Positions 58,077-64,000 of a DNA stretch of 64,000 bases are shown here, one piece after another. The notes beneath the pieces were generated by a model. The model saw only the letters and a program-made list of their open reading frames with translations. It was not told the DNA's origin and did not search any database. Where the stretch lies: the IMG/VR virus record IMGVR_UViG_3300028797_000145, positions 1 to 64,000 of that record; one strand, written 5' to 3'. The first letter of the stretch is position 1; each line of letters begins with the position of its first letter. The stretch is from a virus (Duplodnaviria; Caudoviricetes). A program made the position numbers and the translations under genes.

Positions 58077-60404
58077 TCAAATAGCAAATCCCCAGTACGC
58101 TTGTCCAGATCCGGGTGTTATAAAACCAAGACCGTCAACGCATGCTCTAGAATATACAGCGGTGCAGTGATCTGTGCCACCTTGGTAATCGGCTGGCGCC
58201 ACAGGACTTGTGTAAATTGTTTGATCACTATATGTATCGTTAATTCTTGAATCGTTAAGTGTACAACTCCTGGTCATAACATCTCTTAATATAGGACCAT
58301 AACTGTTTACCGATTGCGCGTCATACCATTCCAGAAATCTTTGGTCATTATGATCAGTCATGTTCGTTCCGTCATAGTACAGACCTTTTGAACCGTTGTA
58401 TACCAAGGTAAATCTGTCATAATTATTGCCATCGTGGGGCAGTGTCATGCCTACAACCTGTCTACCGGATTGTCCATCATGAAGACCACTCTTATAATAA
58501 CCTTTCATCGTACTAAGGTTATATGTGACAAACGGAGATTTGTAAATATCACCATCATATACCGAATCTCTAAGGATTAATCCTCTCTGGAAATCTCTAG
58601 GAATCTTAGTGGCTTTTCGGCCTGCAGCTTTGTAGTAAACCATTTTAGATATACCAGTTCTAGTATATCTTGTAATCTGCTGTCCGGTACTAGGATCAAT
58701 GTAGGGACCGGAAGTCCAAATATCTTTGTAATCAACATTATTAGAAGTGTAGATACCTTCTAAGAAATCCCCTTCTTTGTCCTGAGATGTATAAATCTGT
58801 AGCTCATCAGCGCTTGGTAACCAGATCTTTTCATCGGTATGATCATACTTCGTTCCTGCAGCAACAACATCGTTGTTCACCTGTGTGGGACTAAAATCGC
58901 CATTAGGAAGTTGAGCGCCATTAACCCCTCGGAACTCTCCTATTCTCTTGATACCACTTCGAACAGCGTGGCATTTGCTTACCGTAGCAATCTTAGACGC
59001 TAGCCAATCAGGAATGTACGTCGAAATGAAGTTTCCGTTAAGGTACGTTCTAACCGGCTCCTCATCCCAGTTTTGATCACCGATCTCATACTGCTGAGGT
59101 ATAGTTATAGGGTTCATGCAAAGAAAACATGTTCTACCAGAACCATCCTTAACCTTACCAAGCTTGATTACTCGAACAATTGAATTGTCATTGAGTCTGA
59201 GAAGCTTCATTTGATTGTCGCCAATACATCTCGGATTCTCAAGGATCTCTTCCCAACTCACAGAAGCCCAGTTGATAGCGGCACCCATTGCTGTAGGTCC
59301 AGGAGTCCACAACTCATACTGAGCGTACACATCCATATCGGTTATGACGTTCTTTGGAATAGGATCCCAACCTTTGAAATACCAGAAGTCCTTGTTGCTG
59401 TATTCGGGTATGTCTCCATCAAACACGGCTCTTTCTCCGGAATTAACCTGTTTGGTTCCAATGGTTTCGGCAGCTCCCCCATAAGGTTCATAAATGAAGT
59501 TGACAGTATATGTTCCTTCATCATCCGGCTCGAAATTTTTAACATTAACAATTACATCCGAGAATCCATCATAACCATTCGGAGGCGAATACTCTCCATT
59601 TTGAAGAATTTCTTGCGAAGTGAGTTTAACTTCGCCATTTTCTCCGCTGCCGCTTCCACCACCAGCTCCTCCGCCACTACCATTTCCAGATACATCTATC
59701 TTTGCAGATGAGAAACCATCGTATCCGGTAGGCGGTGTGTGATTACCAGTAGTTGTAAACACACCAGGGTATCCTTTCAACTGAACATTAACGGTAACCG
59801 GGTTATATGCCGTGCCTGAAATAATATGTCCTTCCCTATCCCGGACAATGTCTTCAGGTATCTCTTTACCGTTCTCTGTAATCGTAATGGGCTTAACTAA
59901 TAAGTTAGCCAACTTAATCTCCGAAATTCTAGTCGGGAGATCTTCAACACTGTCGGTGTCCTGAATTGTTACACCCTTGTTCTCAATAGCACTTTCAATA
60001 AGTCCTATAGAATTCTTAAGGATCGTTAAACAGTCGTGAATGTTGTTCCCGATCTCATCCGCCGGGTAATCATCGTATCTACCTTTGTAGTCACCGTTGA
60101 TCTGCTTAAGTTTCTTTAGAACCCCGTCCCTGAAGTATGCTGTAATGTCTTTGTTCTGCATAACCTTAAGACTATTGAGTGTCGGAACTGTATCATACTT
60201 GAGACAGTCATTGACATCTCTTTCAACCTTCTCAATCTCTTTAACAAGGACGTAATAATCAGAACCGTGGCCGTCGAGATTTTGAACATCCCCGCCAACT
60301 TCATTAAGGGTTTCAATAAGGTCGATCAAAGCCTGACGCATGGTTATACCGTCGCAAGCGGCTTCCAATTCCTCAATGGCTTCTTTGTTTGTGTCCAAAA
60401 CCAT
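58077..60404 (-). CDS. Virion-associated protein with C-terminal DUF6273-like domain (paralog of 56034-58052)
   Basis: WDEEPVRTYLNGNF...EKIWLPSADE; FKGWDPIP segment. Confidence 0.55.
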   Translation of the reverse strand: MVLDTNKEAIEELEAACDGITMRQALIDLIETLNEVGGDVQNLDGHGSDYYVLVKEIEKVERDVNDCLKYDTVPTLNSLKVMQNKDITAYFRDGVLKKLKQINGDYKGRYDDYPADEIGNNIHDCLTILKNSIGLIESAIENKGVTIQDTDSVEDLPTRISEIKLANLLVKPITITENGKEIPEDIVRDREGHIISGTAYNPVTVNVQLKGYPGVFTTTGNHTPPTGYDGFSSAKIDVSGNGSGGGAGGGSGSGENGEVKLTSQEILQNGEYSPPNGYDGFSDVIVNVKNFEPDDEGTYTVNFIYEPYGGAAETIGTKQVNSGERAVFDGDIPEYSNKDFWYFKGWDPIPKNVITDMDVYAQYELWTPGPTAMGAAINWASVSWEEILENPRCIGDNQMKLLRLNDNSIVRVIKLGKVKDGSGRTCFLCMNPITIPQQYEIGDQNWDEEPVRTYLNGNFISTYIPDWLASKIATVSKCHAVRSGIKRIGEFRGVNGAQLPNGDFSPTQVNNDVVAAGTKYDHTDEKIWLPSADELQIYTSQDKEGDFLEGIYTSNNVDYKDIWTSGPYIDPSTGQQITRYTRTGISKMVYYKAAGRKATKIPRDFQRGLILRDSVYDGDIYKSPFVTYNLSTMKGYYKSGLHDGQSGRQVVGMTLPHDGNNYDRFTLVYNGSKGLYYDGTNMTDHNDQRFLEWYDAQSVNSYGPILRDVMTRSCTLNDSRINDTYSDQTIYTSPVAPADYQGGTDHCTAVYSRACVDGLGFITPGSGQAYWGFAI

Positions 60405-60418
60405 TATCCTTACCTCCC

Positions 60419-60721
60419 TTAATTATCGAGAAAAGGGATCGGGCCAAGAATGGACCGAATACCTTTAGTCATTAGCAAATTCTCGCTTTCGGCGTTAGGT
60501 TTGCTATCCTTTTTAATACGATCTGAAAGAATCTTCGTTCTTGATATCATTTCAACAGTTTTTAAGTATTCCTCTTCGCGCCTTCCATCGAAGGATGTAG
60601 CGTTGCAATCGCCGTAGTTAAGAACGGTAAGAGCATCTATCATTACTTTTCTTGCGCCACGACCATCGGTAGTCTGTAGCTGTTGCACATACTTATTCAT
60701 GGTTGTAGCCATTTTGAGCAC
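60419..60721 (-). CDS. Small protein homologous to the N-termini of the two downstream genes
   Basis: GRGARKVMIDAL..L...NATSFDG vs MRQALIDLI..L...VQNLDG vs GEAVRDAIIDAA..L...AGSLNG. Confidence 0.6.
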   Translation of the reverse strand: MLKMATTMNKYVQQLQTTDGRGARKVMIDALTVLNYGDCNATSFDGRREEEYLKTVEMISRTKILSDRIKKDSKPNAESENLLMTKGIRSILGPIPFLDN

Positions 60722-60736
60722 CTCCGATTAGCTTCA

Positions 60737-62932
60737 TTAATTAGGGTATACTTTGAATTGCGTTACTGTCATGTTGTAACAAGAGTAGTTGTTAAGAGTT
60801 GTTCCAATAGCGGCGTAAGAAAGATTCAAAGATACAACTTTTGTTGTTTCAAAAATAAGTTCGTCGTCTTTGTATATCTTCCACAAACCTTGATTGTCAA
60901 TCCTTATTTTGAGCACGCTATTATCGAATAAGTTTGGATCTGTCAAATCACTATCTTGCCATAAATTGATAGGATCCCAAACTCCCCAGCAGTGTTCATT
61001 TCCATGCCATATGAAACCGCTATTTTGACCATTTCCTTCAATTCGGAAACTCAATACGCAGTTGTTCAAACCGCTATCCTGTACATCCATGCTTGCTATA
61101 TGCATTTCATAGGTGTATCCGGTCTGGAATATCTCAACTGGCAATCTTCCATATCGATTATTGCCAAGTATTTTGAGACCTTCACTATCCCTTACTGCGC
61201 CATTATACAGCGTTACCGCAGCACCATTATTGATGGCAACTAATGATTTTGTGAAGTCCCAAATATACTCTCCATATGGAGACCAAGGTAACCATGAACC
61301 ATTCATCTTAGCATATACGGAACATACACATATGTTGGGAATATACTTCATGTAAATATCGCCATCGTTTCCTTGTATACTAGTCGGAAACGTCGTTCCA
61401 TAAATAATAGTGTTCCCTTCAACCGGCTGAACGGTCTCATCGTTCCTGATGTAATACGCCTTACGCGCATCGTTTTTCTCTTCAGTAGTTAAAGCATCAT
61501 ACTCTTCTTGTGTTACATCAATAATGATTCCAAGATCTGAAGAAGTTTTGTTTGTGTTCAATTGAACGCTATTAATTGAAGGCATTACTGCCGATAAGCG
61601 ACCATTTTGAACTTCCATGTGATCTCCGACTGTGATTCCGCCCAATGTTTGGTCAGTCGCTTTTGGAAGATCGTATCTAATGGTATTAATACGCCCATCA
61701 ACTGTAATAGTAGCCAAATCTTCTCCGGTCTCGACTATCGGATGAACGATGACTGTGGAACCACCTCCACCACCGCCTCCTCCACTAGAGCTTGGAGATC
61801 CGCTTATAGAAGTGGCACTAGTACTTCCACTAGCTCCTGTAACTTCAGTAAGATCCTGCTTAGCAGGAGTACCGATAGTTACTTGCTTGGACGCCGAAGT
61901 AATGTCAAAGCTCATCTTTGAAATGGCTAATGTTGTATCAATAACATGAGGTGTTGAGTAGACATGGATGTTTTGGCCAAGTTCAAACGCTTCCGTTTCG
62001 GGATTCAAATATTGTAACTCCGCAACGCTGCATTCTATAGTTAAAGCGTTAAATTGCTTCTTTTCAAGGTAATCTTGTGCTTCGGATAGGAGTTTAGTCG
62101 AGTCCGATATGTCGTTGAACTCAACAACTTCTAAGATCTTACCATATAAAGCAGCAGCTTCCTGGTTAACAATATAATCCCCAGTTCCTTGCGGATTAAC
62201 GGCACTAATAGTAACCTTACCGCCATTGCCATCATCACCAAGCGGTATGATTCCGGTTATAAGATTTCCACCAGAAAATGCCTGGTTCAAATCCAGTAAG
62301 TTTAAAGCAAATTGAACAGGCTGAGAACCATTCCAAGGAATTTCCTTGTACCACGAAATATAGTTCGTGTATTTCTCGGTTACCTCGCTGTACTCTCTTT
62401 CAAGAATTATGTAGCCGCCAAGCGCTTTAAGAATCTGTTCCTGAAGTACATCAAAAGTCTTCTGGTAAGAAACAGTTCTTGTAACAATTTTATCCCCAAC
62501 TCGGCTATCGATATACCTGACAGTAAACTGTCTGCTCAAACCGACACAACTATTATGAGCAGTGATAATATCGTTAAAGAACTGGGCGGCTGTAACGTCT
62601 TGCCAAATTCCATTATTAGATAAAGGACTTGGCGCTCTTAAAATTGAATCGTTAAAATATGCTAAACCTCCCTCAGCAGAGATTTGTTTGTTGTTATTCC
62701 AATCTATTTTGATATCGGTTACTCGACCGAACCAAATGAGTTTATCATCCTCGTAAATATCGATCTCCGAGGTCATAAGCTGAGGCAAATCGTAATATAG
62801 ATGGTTGTATGGCATCGTTATGTCACAACTTCCGGCGCCATTTAATTCAGTCGAGATTGATCCTTTAATAAGTTCCAATCCTTCGGACATGTTGTGAATA
62901 CTGACGCCATCCAAATACACTTTGTAGATCAT
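60737..62932 (-). CDS. Tail-associated (Tal / prophage tail endopeptidase-like) protein with C-terminal jellyroll extension
   Basis: Position after Dit; WFGRV...EGGLAYFNDS, LITGIIPLG, LGQNIHV.S.PH motifs. Confidence 0.75.
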   Translation of the reverse strand: MIYKVYLDGVSIHNMSEGLELIKGSISTELNGAGSCDITMPYNHLYYDLPQLMTSEIDIYEDDKLIWFGRVTDIKIDWNNNKQISAEGGLAYFNDSILRAPSPLSNNGIWQDVTAAQFFNDIITAHNSCVGLSRQFTVRYIDSRVGDKIVTRTVSYQKTFDVLQEQILKALGGYIILEREYSEVTEKYTNYISWYKEIPWNGSQPVQFALNLLDLNQAFSGGNLITGIIPLGDDGNGGKVTISAVNPQGTGDYIVNQEAAALYGKILEVVEFNDISDSTKLLSEAQDYLEKKQFNALTIECSVAELQYLNPETEAFELGQNIHVYSTPHVIDTTLAISKMSFDITSASKQVTIGTPAKQDLTEVTGASGSTSATSISGSPSSSGGGGGGGGSTVIVHPIVETGEDLATITVDGRINTIRYDLPKATDQTLGGITVGDHMEVQNGRLSAVMPSINSVQLNTNKTSSDLGIIIDVTQEEYDALTTEEKNDARKAYYIRNDETVQPVEGNTIIYGTTFPTSIQGNDGDIYMKYIPNICVCSVYAKMNGSWLPWSPYGEYIWDFTKSLVAINNGAAVTLYNGAVRDSEGLKILGNNRYGRLPVEIFQTGYTYEMHIASMDVQDSGLNNCVLSFRIEGNGQNSGFIWHGNEHCWGVWDPINLWQDSDLTDPNLFDNSVLKIRIDNQGLWKIYKDDELIFETTKVVSLNLSYAAIGTTLNNYSCYNMTVTQFKVYPN

Positions 62933-63714
62933 AACGACATCATACTCCCATCATAAGAAAGAGTAACCGTACCGTTACCCTTAAACACCATGTAATTCGG
63001 ACCAGGTCCGAGTACAAATGCATTTTCAGTTTCGCCTGCTGGAAGAGTAATTGTAGGTTTACCCATCCTTTCCAAAGTCATAGGTGTAGAACAATATGTC
63101 GTTACTGGAACCTGCGAATTGTCATCCAGATCTCCATTAACAACTATACGGACCTTAGACTTTGAAACTGTAAATGTTCCATACTTAATAAATGGATCTA
63201 CAGTTCCTGAAGCAAACAAATCATTCCACAGCCATTCAGTAGAAGATCCTGCTTCTCTCCTCTTATAAGGTTCAAGAGTGTAATCAAGAACCACTTTTGA
63301 AAACTGAGGATCAGACTTCCATTCATTAACTGAAATTCTTCCCTGGTAATACCAACTTCGAGTGAATGTTCCATCACTCTTCTTAACACCTTCATCCTCC
63401 AGCCAAATACGATCGAAATATTGGCCATGGAGTTTCTTCATCAAATCTTTCCATCTAACAGCCCAAGCCTGATCACTCTTACCGTAATCATTTAGAACAT
63501 AGAACTCCCATGATCCAGTTCGATTCTGGTAAGTGAGACCATTTAATGCTTCGGTATAATCTAGCGACCCGTTTGTTCCAGGAATATCGACATAATTTGT
63601 CTTTACTCCTGGAGAAGCAACATCGGGTCGACCATCCGGTATGAGATGGAAAGAAGTATATGTATCGTATCTCTTTGAACCATCGCTCAAATCGAAGTGT
63701 ACTGAATGATACAT
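62929..63714 (-). CDS. Distal tail protein (Dit)-like
   Basis: VDIPGTNGSLDYTEAL...Y..R.G.WEF, located between tape measure and Tal. Confidence 0.7.
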   Translation of the reverse strand: MYHSVHFDLSDGSKRYDTYTSFHLIPDGRPDVASPGVKTNYVDIPGTNGSLDYTEALNGLTYQNRTGSWEFYVLNDYGKSDQAWAVRWKDLMKKLHGQYFDRIWLEDEGVKKSDGTFTRSWYYQGRISVNEWKSDPQFSKVVLDYTLEPYKRREAGSSTEWLWNDLFASGTVDPFIKYGTFTVSKSKVRIVVNGDLDDNSQVPVTTYCSTPMTLERMGKPTITLPAGETENAFVLGPGPNYMVFKGNGTVTLSYDGSMMSL

Positions 63715-63716
63715 CT

Positions 63717-64000
63717 TTACCTCCTTCCACCTCTCTGGGCTCTAATCATTTTGATCCCTAATGCACGATCCATAGGATCTGCAAGACCTCCAACAACTTC
63801 ACCACTGTCAAGTACGATTTGTTTGTTAAGAATCGCATCTCCTAACCTATCAAGCTTGTTTCCAAGTGCATTAATACCATTGTTAGTGGTATCATTGTTT
63901 TTATTTTGAAGTTCCATAGACAAACGTCTACCAGCATCCTGCATATAAGCAGCTTCGCCAGCAAGTGCCAAGGAACGCTGAGATGAAAACATGCTATTAA
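63717..64000 (-). CDS. C-terminal end of tape measure protein (partial; continues beyond window)
   Basis: IVLDSGEVVGGLADPMDRALG C-terminal motif; position upstream of Dit. Confidence 0.7.
   Translation of the reverse strand, partial: NSMFSSQRSLALAGEAAYMQDAGRRLSMELQNKNNDTTNNGINALGNKLDRLGDAILNKQIVLDSGEVVGGLADPMDRALGIKMIRAQRGGRR

Noticed and set aside
56034-60404. Active diversity-generating retroelement
   Set aside because: No reverse transcriptase (no YADD/YMDD motif) and no near-identical TR/VR pair was found in the window.
2025-63909. Most plus-strand ORFs in the track (e.g. 2025-2966, 17491-18183, 19284-19922, 46177-46749)
   Set aside because: Antisense shadows of longer minus-strand genes with recognisable motifs; only the integrase is a credible plus-strand gene.
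1-64000. Alternative genetic code (stop-codon reassignment)
   Set aside because: Long genes (1435, 971, 956 aa) are intact under code 11 and use all three stop codons.

Overview
This window is about 64 kb of a temperate, siphovirus-like bacteriophage genome, probably from a Firmicutes host (strong GGAGG ribosome-binding sites; inferred). Almost all real genes are on the minus strand; the exception is a tyrosine integrase on the plus strand. In transcription order (right to left): end of the tape measure gene, Dit- and Tal-like genes, about 20 kb of modular tail/adhesin genes with holins (64-40 kb); an attP-like site and the integrase (40-38 kb); many small early-type genes in promoter-ORF-terminator cassettes, including a PARG-like macrodomain, Zn-ribbon proteins, membrane-anchored small proteins, a tRNA-like RNA and a SleB-like hydrolase (38-17 kb); a replication module with a fused SF3 helicase-primase-family B polymerase, an SSB-like protein and an SNF2 helicase (16.6-9.4 kb); nucleases; a 956-aa protein with three HTH motifs and a GADFDGD catalytic motif, i.e. 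a cryptic single-chain two-barrel (YonO-like) RNA polymerase (4.3-1.4 kb); and a non-coding end region with an array of AAATATCAAT repeats. The strongest candidate for a new system combines (i) that RNA polymerase, (ii) a 29-bp non-sigma70 promoter-like element found 18 times, and (iii) a strand-polarised octamer AAATAT(C/A)A present roughly 100 times (by-eye count) in the first 40 kb, arrayed at about 60-70 bp periodicity at the left end and placed in terminator loops. All calls come from reading the sequence and the ORF track; no database searches were run.
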